Part shown: in pieces, positions 1 to 7,235 of the stretch
Numbering within the stretch: position 1 is the first letter of the stretch
How the letters are laid out: every line of letters starts with the position of its first letter
Assembly (NCBI GenBank): GCA_964360965.1
Contig: CAYHYM010000004.1
Coordinates: 1-32,000, forward strand
Length of the DNA: 32,000 nucleotides
Direction: 5' to 3'
Source: an uncultured Gammaproteobacteria bacterium
GTDB lineage: Bacteria > Patescibacteriota > Microgenomatia > Daviesbacterales > UBA10151
Made by a program: the position numbers and the translations under genes
The notes under the pieces: model-generated
What the model saw: the letters and a program-made list of their open reading frames with translations, nothing else
What the model was told of the DNA's origin: nothing
Database searches by the model: none

Positions 1-567
1 CGGTTTTACATCCAGCAGTATTCCAGTCAACCCATGATTTTCTGACTGAGCTTGTTCAATTCTTGATGCAACTTCCTCCTGCCAATCCTCAGTCTTAAGT
101 GTTAAGGACTGTTCCAAAAAATCCCCCAAAAAAACAGGCAAAGAGCTGGTGGTTAAAAAAATTCTGTCATTTTCTCCCAAAAAGCCTGATATTAACTGTT
201 CCTGTAAGGTTAGCAGAGCAGAAATATCATCTCCCTTTTTTAAAGATACCTCCACCTCACCTTTGCCCAAAAGATATAACACTTTGCCGGAAATGCAAGC
301 CAGCAGCAGGTCAAAAGACTCAATGGAAGAAAGTTTATTCTTTGCATGCTCAAAAGTAGTTTTTAATCTTTCCGCCATACTTCCTTCCGCTTCAAAGAAA
401 AAATCTGAAAAATCTCCCAGATGCTCTCTGGCTTTGGTAAAAGCATCGTCGCAGGAAAGAGATAAAATGCCCAAAAATATGAGGTCCTCGCCTCTTTTGG
501 TAAAAGAGGATAGAGCAGCATTCTCATCCGTATTTATTCCGGTAACTTGAACCAATTTATAGATCAT
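1..567 (-). CDS. Hypothetical protein, C-terminus cut by the window edge; weak PP2C/SpoIIE-like sequence pattern
   Basis: Absent from the ORF track because there is no stop in the window. Hand translation of the reverse strand is open from ATG 567-565 down to base 1. That ATG forms an ATGA overlap with the TGA stop of ORF 564-794. Sequence: MIYKLVQVTGINTDENAALSSFTKRGEDLIFLG...LLLACISGKVLYLLGKGEVEVSLKKGDDISALL...ISGFLGENDRIFLTTSSL. The plus-strand ORFs 99-359 and 149-550 are K/S-rich and look like antisense artefacts. Confidence 0.5.
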   Translation of the reverse strand, partial: MIYKLVQVTGINTDENAALSSFTKRGEDLIFLGILSLSCDDAFTKAREHLGDFSDFFFEAEGSMAERLKTTFEHAKNKLSSIESFDLLLACISGKVLYLLGKGEVEVSLKKGDDISALLTLQEQLISGFLGENDRIFLTTSSLPVFLGDFLEQSLTLKTEDWQEEVASRIEQAQSENHGLTGILLDVKP

Positions 568-794
568 AAAATAACAAACACCAGAATGATCAATCCCAGG
601 GCAAAACCTGCATGAATAATAGATATGGCTTTAACAACAGGAGACAGTGGCGCGATTAAGGTTCTACTCATCAGGTCAACCTGACGGAAAATAATCAAGG
701 CAAATATAACGTAAAATAGCAAAATTAGCAAAATACCAAGGCGAACATACGGCAGTAAAAACACCAGGTCCAAAAAAGGGGGGTTAAGGGGCAT
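564..794 (-). CDS. Small integral membrane protein, hypothetical (two hydrophobic helices)
   Basis: 76-aa ORF with two long hydrophobic stretches (LGILLILLFYVIFALIIF and AGFALGLIILVFVIL). It overlaps both neighbouring minus-strand genes, which is an operon-like arrangement. Confidence 0.6.
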   Translation of the reverse strand: MPLNPPFLDLVFLLPYVRLGILLILLFYVIFALIIFRQVDLMSRTLIAPLSPVVKAISIIHAGFALGLIILVFVIL

Positions 795-1338
795 TGGGTC
801 CTCCCAAGTTATGTGATAAATCTAAAATTATGTCTGCCACTCTGGTGGGGTTGGGCACCTTATCAAAATCCATACTTACTTTTGATCCTGCTGTCTGGAT
901 AAAAACATCGCCAAAATTAAAAATCACCCCCATTAGACCACCCACAGACCCGGATGCTTCCTGAATAGATTGCAAAGGGGCCAAATCCACATTTTTTAAA
1001 AGCAGGGAATGAAAATCTATATCAATCACTCTTTTGTTGGTAACTATATTGACATTAAAATACCAGCCCAAAAAACCTTCAAAAACAATCACTCCCACCA
1101 AAAGATAGTTAAGTATTAAAAAAGCGGCTGTAAAGTTAACAGGCAGGGCAGGCAGAGCTTGGCCTAAAAGGGAGGCTATTTTGGGCAAAAAAAGAGGTAA
1201 AAATGCCAAAATAACAGCAGAAAATATCCAGGATAAATTGGTGATAAAGTGAGGCCTAAGCAGCAGGATTATTTTTTCATCAGGATCCTGCCCCTCAAAC
1301 TGACAGTTTTGAGGTTGTTCCAGATAGGATGGGAACAT
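784..1338 (-). CDS. Membrane protein with a C-terminal bacterial PH (YdbS/YdbT, DUF304)-like segment
   Basis: 184-aa ORF. It has two TM helices (WIFSAVILAFLPLFL and FTAAFLILNYLLVGVIVF). These are followed by IVTNKRVIDIDFHSLLLKNVDLAPLQSIQEA...GDVFIQTAGS, which fits the bPH pattern. The call is by motif only. Confidence 0.6.
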   Translation of the reverse strand: MFPSYLEQPQNCQFEGQDPDEKIILLLRPHFITNLSWIFSAVILAFLPLFLPKIASLLGQALPALPVNFTAAFLILNYLLVGVIVFEGFLGWYFNVNIVTNKRVIDIDFHSLLLKNVDLAPLQSIQEASGSVGGLMGVIFNFGDVFIQTAGSKVSMDFDKVPNPTRVADIILDLSHNLGGPNAP

Positions 1339-1361
1339 ATGGGTTTAGTATAGCACCAGTG

Positions 1362-3083
1362 TCATTTTCTTTCCACATTAAACAATGGCCCCACAATTTG
1401 AATATTAGCCGGAGCCCTTAAATTAAATCTATTTTTAAAATCAGCTCCAGAAAAATTACTTGTGCCCCCATCACCTGATATATTAACCGAAGTGGTGGCT
1501 CCTGCCCCAAAATCCGCAGAGACTGACACAGATGAAATATTATTGTAAGCAGTCACTCCTTTATTCCTTAACTCTTGTTTGACTTTTTCTTCATCCCAAT
1601 TGTCAGTGCCTGCAGGATTAGCTTTATCTGTCTGATAAAGATGCTCTGTGGTGGAAGAATCTGCCTTAACTAAAAGCAGGGTGTTGACAATGTCTGCCAC
1701 TTCTGAAGCTTTAAGCCAGGCAGTTTTATTATACTGTGCCCTGGAACCCCAGTCACAGTAAAACCAGGGCGAATCTTTATCATAAGCTCCGGCTTTAAGA
1801 TCATCAAACCCTGAAGCATTGCCGGAAACAGTATCAACTCCATGTTTGGTCCAGGAAGTTGAGGACCAACCTATTTCCCCCGATGAGAGAATATAACCTC
1901 CGTGGGTGGAAGAATACCAGGCTTTCACAGGGCTACCACCAGTTACCATCACCCAACCCCGGGTATCATTAACTGCACTTTCCCAAGCCCCGCCTTTTGG
2001 ATCAGACTTAAAAACCTGACATTGTTCGCTGGTGCAAATAGAACCTGCACCATTATTGGTATAGGCCAACCCGTAAGAGCGGGCTGCCACAGCTTGAGCT
2101 TTTAGTGCCTCCGGATGAAAACTATTGGGCATCTCATAAATTCTTTTGACATAATCCTCAATGGAGCCGGACCAACCGGTGGTAGTGGAAATTTGGATGT
2201 TGGTATCATAATCTTTTTTAAGTTCAAAATTAGCATAATAGGCATTAAGAATTGTTTCGACATTTTGGCCGCTTCTGGCTCTACCATCTGCCCCAAACTG
2301 ATTCATGCCGGTCCTATTAGGCACTCCATAAGTAAAAAGGGCGAGCCTGGGGGAAAAACCAGGATCTTTATCCCGATCATCCACACAAGCGCCTAAAGTG
2401 GCAGCTGACCTGGATATATTAAGAGAAGCCAGTCTTTGAGATAAGATTTGTTGCTGTCTGGCTGTTAGTTGGACAATTTTACTGGTCAGCTCTGCTTGAT
2501 AAGCCTTAGCTTTACCAACCTCACCTCCCAAAAATTTAGCATTTTTATCAACCTGAGCTTGAAGAGAAGCCAGAGCAGATTTATCAATTTCTAACTTTTC
2601 TTTCTGCTTTAGCAGATCCAACACCTCCCCGGTGATGAGGGAGATAATCTGTCTGTCTTCTCTGGTGGCTTTTTGCCGCAAAGATAACTCTCTAAATAAA
2701 TGGCTGGGGTTTTGAGATGATAAAATTACCAGCAAGGGTGAGGATAAATAGGTACGGATATAATATGAGCGGACTCTTTGCTCAAGCAGGGCTTGTTGAG
2801 TAATAAGTTTTTCTTCTCTTAATTTGAGCTCTATTTGTTTTTTGCGGATGTTGGTTGAGAGCAAATCCAAACTGGCCTGAATTTGGTTAAGCTGTCTTTT
2901 TAAACCCTCCAGCTGTCCTTCCAGGGGTTTGGTAGCAGAAATGGACAGCTCACGGGCTTTATTTAACTCATTAATTTGCTTTTGTAAATCCTCTATTTCA
3001 TCAGCCTTGACAGGGGTAAGGGTATAGGGTATAGGGTATAGAAAAACAAATAATAGAAATAAAAAAAGAATAATTTTTTTCAT
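1362..3083 (-). CDS. Secreted SpoIID/LytB-domain cell-wall protein with a long N-terminal coiled coil
   Basis: 573-aa ORF with an N-terminal signal/anchor (MKKIILFLFLLFVFLY). A coiled-coil region of roughly 200 aa follows (QKQINELNKARE...LEGLKRQLNQIQ). The SpoIID/LytB hallmarks AQAVAARSYGLAY and WYSSTHGGY are present. Confidence 0.85.
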   Translation of the reverse strand: MKKIILFLFLLFVFLYPIPYTLTPVKADEIEDLQKQINELNKARELSISATKPLEGQLEGLKRQLNQIQASLDLLSTNIRKKQIELKLREEKLITQQALLEQRVRSYYIRTYLSSPLLVILSSQNPSHLFRELSLRQKATREDRQIISLITGEVLDLLKQKEKLEIDKSALASLQAQVDKNAKFLGGEVGKAKAYQAELTSKIVQLTARQQQILSQRLASLNISRSAATLGACVDDRDKDPGFSPRLALFTYGVPNRTGMNQFGADGRARSGQNVETILNAYYANFELKKDYDTNIQISTTTGWSGSIEDYVKRIYEMPNSFHPEALKAQAVAARSYGLAYTNNGAGSICTSEQCQVFKSDPKGGAWESAVNDTRGWVMVTGGSPVKAWYSSTHGGYILSSGEIGWSSTSWTKHGVDTVSGNASGFDDLKAGAYDKDSPWFYCDWGSRAQYNKTAWLKASEVADIVNTLLLVKADSSTTEHLYQTDKANPAGTDNWDEEKVKQELRNKGVTAYNNISSVSVSADFGAGATTSVNISGDGGTSNFSGADFKNRFNLRAPANIQIVGPLFNVERK

Positions 3084-3276
3084 AAATTTTAAGGTTTTAA
3101 ACTACTAATAAGCTTATTCAACATCTTTTGAACCTCTGTAAGTAAATCGCTAATTTCATTAAATTCTTTCATAGTTAAAAAACCTAATTCTTTTGTAAGC
3201 GGTTAACTGTTGATAAGAAGTTAGCATAGGTTTATTTTACACTAAACCCTAGACCCTAGCTTATCTTTGTGCTAAG

Positions 3277-3300
3277 CCACAATTAGTTACATAATTGTGG
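3277..3300. promoter_or_regulatory. Perfect 9-bp inverted repeat (CCACAATTA-N6-TAATTGTGG) 14 bp upstream of the first pilin-operon start; candidate operator
   Basis: Read directly. CCACAATTA (3277-3285), GTTACA (3286-3291), TAATTGTGG (3292-3300). It is flanked by direct TAAGC on both sides, and the ATG is at 3314. A possible TTGTGC-17-CATAAT promoter overlaps it. Confidence 0.3.
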
Positions 3301-3313
3301 TAAGCTAGATTTA

Positions 3314-4552
3314 ATGTCCAAATCACTATTAAATATCTCCACATCTTTGTTAATTATCCTGGGGTTGTTTATTTATTACGCACCAAATATTGAGGCTGCT
3401 TCTGGCACGTGTATCAATAAAGATAGAAAGGGGGTAATTATTTCTACGGCCATTTGGCCAGATGATGTTCTTATTAATTTGTCAGTAAACGTCACTGTTC
3501 AATTTACCAATCAAACAGTTGCGGGTAAATACTTTGTTATCCTAAGCGACGGTAAACCAATTGGCGCCCAAGACTACTCATCTCAAATAGTTGATCTTAC
3601 CACAAGCCAGCTACGAAATGGAATAGAAGTGACTTTCCCTATTGGTCCTGTTACTGAGTATAGAGATTCTTACTACGTCAAACTACAAAGAGAGGGGTTT
3701 GGAGATATTTGTGAGCCTAGTAATTTAGGCACTATTGCAGTAGCTAACATCAGCGATAATAAGCTAAAAAAAACTCAATGTTCCATCTCTGTTCCCGGCA
3801 ATATTCAAATAGGTGATAACTTAACCATTAAATATAGCGTTTCCAATCCTCCCTCTGAAAATTCCAGATTTATTCCCCTAATTTTTAAAACAAGTAATTT
3901 TGCCAAAATGCCTACAGGTGTTTATAGAGCAACCGGGGCTCCCTTGGGAGATTTTGCCAATACCTTAATCACCCCAAAATACTTAAAACAAGACCAGGTA
4001 ACAGATCTAACCTTTCCCACTGATACAGGCACATTTAATCAAATTGAAAATTTTACAGCAGCGATGGCAGTTCAGGATGACTCCTCGGTACCAGGAGATG
4101 AAGCTAGATTATATATTTGTAAATCCGCTAATTTTAGTACCAGTAATAACCCTACGACTCCTGCCGGAACTCCTGCTACATCTGCACCTGCTGGTTTTCC
4201 AAAAGCCGGTACTGGATCAGGGGGAGGAGAAAAATGTACTTCAGGGTTTTTAGATGAAAAAAATAATCCTGTGCCGGCAATAGATACTGCCATAGGCTGT
4301 GTGCCCACAGAACCGGTGGCTTTTATCAAGGCTTTTTTGCGATTTACCCTGGCCACTTTTGGAGGGATAGCCTTTTTAATCATGGTAATGGGAGTATTTC
4401 GGATGATCACCTCTGCCGGTAACCCTGATGCGCTGAAAGCAGGACAGGAAATGTTTACCAGTGCCATTATTGGCATTTTATTTATTATCTTTTCCGTACT
4501 GCTTTTACAAATAATAGGAGTTGGTATACTAAATATACCTGGATTCAGATGA
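3314..4552 (+). CDS. Secreted large-domain protein fused to a C-terminal TrbC/VirB2-like (T4SS pilin) two-helix module
   Basis: 412-aa ORF with a signal peptide (LLIILGLFIYYAPNIEAAS). A soluble, Cys-containing region of roughly 300 aa follows. A P/T/G-rich linker comes next (NNPTTPAGTPATSAPAGFPKAGTGSGGGE). The C-terminal module is AFLIMVMGVFRMITSAGNPDALKAGQEMFTSAIIGILFIIFSVLLLQ, which matches the motif shared by the four downstream pilin genes. Confidence 0.8.
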   Translation: MSKSLLNISTSLLIILGLFIYYAPNIEAASGTCINKDRKGVIISTAIWPDDVLINLSVNVTVQFTNQTVAGKYFVILSDGKPIGAQDYSSQIVDLTTSQLRNGIEVTFPIGPVTEYRDSYYVKLQREGFGDICEPSNLGTIAVANISDNKLKKTQCSISVPGNIQIGDNLTIKYSVSNPPSENSRFIPLIFKTSNFAKMPTGVYRATGAPLGDFANTLITPKYLKQDQVTDLTFPTDTGTFNQIENFTAAMAVQDDSSVPGDEARLYICKSANFSTSNNPTTPAGTPATSAPAGFPKAGTGSGGGEKCTSGFLDEKNNPVPAIDTAIGCVPTEPVAFIKAFLRFTLATFGGIAFLIMVMGVFRMITSAGNPDALKAGQEMFTSAIIGILFIIFSVLLLQIIGVGILNIPGFR

Positions 4553-5220
4553 AACTAATCGCCCAACAAATTCCCGGAATTCCATATTTATTAAACTGTA
4601 ACCCGGTCAATCAAACAGGCTGTCCACCTGGCCAGAGCGTGCCCAGGACTGGTGCTTTAAATTTTACCAGCCTGGGGGATTTTATCTTCGGACTCTTAAA
4701 CATTGTCTTTTCCATTGCCGTATTTTTGGCCTTTTTCTGGCTGGTGTGGGGAGCTTTTCAATATATTACCTCAGGAGGGAATAAGGAAAGATTGGCTGCT
4801 GCCAGGGCCAGAATCACCTGGGCCATTGTGGGATTACTGCTGGTGGCAGTTTCCTTTCTAGTAGCCCAATTTTTGGCTCAGGTTTTACCTCCCCAAAAAG
4901 GAACACCAATTTTGTCAGTACCGACCGCTTATGCTGCTGTTGATATTGGCAAGGAGTATGGTTTTGGAGATATCCGGTCTTTAGGAGAAGGGGTCACTAA
5001 ACTGGTTGCTCCCACCTTTTCCATTGCCACCACGGTGGTGATAATATATTTTTTAATGGGAGCTTTTAAATTTTTAACCTCAGGAGGGAATAAGGAGGCC
5101 ACTGCTTCTGCCCGTGGTATGATTACCCATGCCATTGTGGGATTTATTATTTTAATGTTTGCTTTTTTGATTTTACAATTTATTCCACAAGCTTTTGGCT
5201 TAAATTTTTCGTTGTTTTAA
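4549..5220 (+). CDS. Tandem double TrbC/VirB2-like pilin (two pilin modules in one polypeptide)
   Basis: 223-aa ORF whose start forms an ATGA overlap with the upstream stop. Module a is FFWLVWGAFQYITSGGNKERLAAARARITWAIVGLLLVAVSF. Module b is IIYFLMGAFKFLTSGGNKEATASARGMITHAIVGFIILMFAF. Confidence 0.85.
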   Translation: MKLIAQQIPGIPYLLNCNPVNQTGCPPGQSVPRTGALNFTSLGDFIFGLLNIVFSIAVFLAFFWLVWGAFQYITSGGNKERLAAARARITWAIVGLLLVAVSFLVAQFLAQVLPPQKGTPILSVPTAYAAVDIGKEYGFGDIRSLGEGVTKLVAPTFSIATTVVIIYFLMGAFKFLTSGGNKEATASARGMITHAIVGFIILMFAFLILQFIPQAFGLNFSLF

Positions 5221-5714
5221 TGATAAAAAAAATAGTTATTGTAATTTTAATAAATGTCTTTTTGGGATTAGGGACATCTTCTGTCTATGCTCTTCATGTG
5301 CCACCCGGCGCTACTTGTAATCCAATAGACCCGGCAGATCATTGTAACATTGGCTATTCTTGTCTACCGGTAACAGGTACTCCGGGCCACCAATGCTTAA
5401 GACCCCAATCCACAGACACCATTGGTAAAATCAGTGCACCATTAGCCATACAAGCTTTGGGTATAGGTAATATAGGCATCAGCAAATTTTTAAATAATTT
5501 AGTCACCCTAATTTATATTTTAGCCACTGTTGTTTTAGTCTTTATGTTTTTATGGGGATCTTTGGAGTGGTTAACATCAGGAGGGGATAAGGAAGCTGTA
5601 GGAAGAGCCAGAGGCAGGATTATTAATGCCCTGGTGGGAATTATTCTTTTCGGGGTGGCTTATGCCATACTGCGGCTGTTGGGAACATTTACCGGCTTTA
5701 CATTTTTCCAATAA
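5220..5714 (+). CDS. TrbC/VirB2-like pilin with a Cys-rich N-terminal head
   Basis: 164-aa ORF with a TAATG start/stop overlap. It has a signal peptide and a 4-Cys segment (CNPIDPADHCNIGYSCLPVTGTPGHQC). The pilin module is VFMFLWGSLEWLTSGGDKEAVGRARGRIINALVGIILFGVAYAIL. Confidence 0.85.
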   Translation: MIKKIVIVILINVFLGLGTSSVYALHVPPGATCNPIDPADHCNIGYSCLPVTGTPGHQCLRPQSTDTIGKISAPLAIQALGIGNIGISKFLNNLVTLIYILATVVLVFMFLWGSLEWLTSGGDKEAVGRARGRIINALVGIILFGVAYAILRLLGTFTGFTFFQ

Positions 5715-5715
5715 A

Positions 5716-6465
5716 TTAAGAACCTCCTCCATAACGAGGTCCTTGCCCTCCACCGCCGCCTCTTCTACCCTTTCCGAAGAATCTGATAACTCTGATAACC
5801 AGGTTCATCAAAAATACCGGTATTGCTATAACTGCTACCAAACTGCCTATTACAGCAAGAATGGCGCCTGCGGATATACCTACAGTCTTTCCTATCTCCA
5901 CCACCATCTTGGGTACACCACCTGGTGAGTCAGGTGCTATTTTACGGCCTTCTATATCTTTGATAAATTCAGCCTCATACTCTTTAGCTTCTTGCTCTGT
6001 CTCCTGTCTTGCCCGCTCAAATGCCTTTTTATTTTCTTCCTGCTGTTTTGCATCAGCCTGAGCAGTTTTTTTTGATTGTTCCCAGATTACTCGCTGCTCA
6101 GGGGTCATTTTTTCCAGTAGCTCCATTTCATATGGAGTGAGTGTGGGAACCCTTTCAGGAGTGGTTACCCCTGGCCTTTCTGTTGCTCTGAGTGTGGAAG
6201 TTTTTGTTTCCACTATCTGAACACCAGCTGGTTGTTTTGGCGCCTCTCCCACTACTGGTGCGGGTTGGCTGGTAGTGTCAGCACTAAGATCCAGACAGGC
6301 AGCTGAGAAAAATACCAAACCCACCATGGGAGCTAATAAGGCTACTCTTGAAGCCGGGAGCGCTTTTCTGGTTCTTACCACAATATCATCTGCCGCTACT
6401 ATGGCGCTGGATGGTTCTATCAACTCATTTAAAACTGCTGGTTCTGTTTCTTTCATATCATCCAT
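5716..6465 (-). CDS. Hypothetical membrane protein with a charged coiled segment and a Gly/Arg-rich C-terminal tail
   Basis: 249-aa ORF. It has two hydrophobic segments (VALLAPMVGLVFFSAAC and GAILAVIGSLVAVIAIPVFLMNLVI). There is a K/E/Q-rich middle region, and the tail is GKGRRGGGGGQGPRYGGGS. The overlapping plus-strand ORFs are shorter and low-complexity. Confidence 0.6.
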   Translation of the reverse strand: MDDMKETEPAVLNELIEPSSAIVAADDIVVRTRKALPASRVALLAPMVGLVFFSAACLDLSADTTSQPAPVVGEAPKQPAGVQIVETKTSTLRATERPGVTTPERVPTLTPYEMELLEKMTPEQRVIWEQSKKTAQADAKQQEENKKAFERARQETEQEAKEYEAEFIKDIEGRKIAPDSPGGVPKMVVEIGKTVGISAGAILAVIGSLVAVIAIPVFLMNLVIRVIRFFGKGRRGGGGGQGPRYGGGS

Positions 6466-6766
6466 TCTTAGGTCCTTTTAAAGTTTCCAGATAATCTTTT
6501 TTAAAATTTTCCAATTCATGCAAAATTTTTGTCTGAAGAGATGGAATCAGACTGCCTAACATATTAATTATCACCTTACCGTCTTTCTGCTTAGTAATTT
6601 TCCCCAGTTGTTCTGTGGTAAGATCAGCGGAAAGCCTTAATAACACATACTCGCCTATTTTACTGTTTAAATGCTGCCGCATCTTATCTGTCTCCTCTGT
6701 TGATTGAGAGACGGTATTAATATTCAAAAAAATAATTGGATCAAAATCTTTTAGACTAATCAACAT
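6458..6766 (-). CDS. Hypothetical small soluble protein
   Basis: 102-aa ORF directly upstream of, and overlapping, the start of 5716-6465. A strong promoter-like element is upstream. No family was recognised. Confidence 0.55.
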   Translation of the reverse strand: MLISLKDFDPIIFLNINTVSQSTEETDKMRQHLNSKIGEYVLLRLSADLTTEQLGKITKQKDGKVIINMLGSLIPSLQTKILHELENFKKDYLETLKGPKNG

Positions 6767-6783
6767 ATTAATCCTATAGATAT

Positions 6784-6811
6784 ATTATACCACAAATTTA
6801 GCACTTGACAA
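6784..6811 (-). promoter_or_regulatory. Sigma70-like promoter for the minus-strand pair: TTGTCA-16 nt-TATAAT with TG extension
   Basis: Reverse-strand reading: TTGTCA (6811-6806), a 16-nt spacer ending in TGG, then TATAAT (6789-6784). A 17-nt leader containing AGGA precedes ATG 6766. Confidence 0.4.
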
Positions 6812-6834
6812 ATAGATAACTTACTGCATATGAT
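6805..6834 (+). promoter_or_regulatory. Sigma70-like promoter for the second pilin operon: TTGACA-18 nt-TATGAT
   Basis: TTGACA (6805-6810), 18-nt spacer, TATGAT (6829-6834). ATG is at 6846, so the leader is very short. Confidence 0.4.
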
Positions 6835-6845
6835 AAAATTAAGAT

Positions 6846-7226
6846 ATGAAAAAAGTTGCCTCAATTTTCTCTGCCTTTGGTTATCTAATATCTGCAGGAG
6901 CAGCTTTTGCTCAAACCATTACCATTGAAAGACCTGAGATCAGCGGCAAAAAGGTGGGCTTTTTAGATGTCAACCAATTCATCAAAAATGGGGTGACCCT
7001 GGCTTTTATTATTGCCCTGGTGATTGTTTTTATTATGCTGGTGTGGGGGTCAATTCAGTGGATTTTTTCCGGAGGATCAAAGGAGAATCTGGAGGCTGCC
7101 AGAAATAGAATCATTCACGCTCTGGTAGGCTTGGCTATTTTGGCGGTGGCTTTTGCCATTATTCAGCTTTTTGCCACCTTTGTGGGTGTTAATCTACTTG
7201 ATCTAAAAGTACCATCTCCAATATAA
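6846..7226 (+). CDS. TrbC/VirB2-like pilin
   Basis: 126-aa ORF with a signal peptide (ASIFSAFGYLISAGAAFAQ). The pilin module is VFIMLVWGSIQWIFSGGSKENLEAARNRIIHALVGLAILAVAFAII. Confidence 0.85.
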   Translation: MKKVASIFSAFGYLISAGAAFAQTITIERPEISGKKVGFLDVNQFIKNGVTLAFIIALVIVFIMLVWGSIQWIFSGGSKENLEAARNRIIHALVGLAILAVAFAIIQLFATFVGVNLLDLKVPSPI

Positions 7227-7235
7227 TTTTAGAAT

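Noticed and set aside
99-550. Plus-strand ORFs 99-359 (86 aa) and 149-550 (133 aa)
   Set aside because: They are K/S/P-rich and low-complexity. The opposite strand is open across the entire 1-567 interval, gives a protein-like sequence, and has an ATGA-coupled start.
1902-2396. Three short ORFs (67, 64 and 93 aa) overlapping the SpoIID-like gene
   Set aside because: They lie entirely inside a 573-aa ORF with diagnostic SpoIID motifs, so they are antisense or off-frame by-products.
4044-4476. ORFs 4044-4253 (+) and 4072-4476 (-) within the adhesin-pilin fusion gene
   Set aside because: They overlap the P/T/G-rich linker and the pilin module of the longer, motif-supported ORF. The composition is typical of shadow ORFs.
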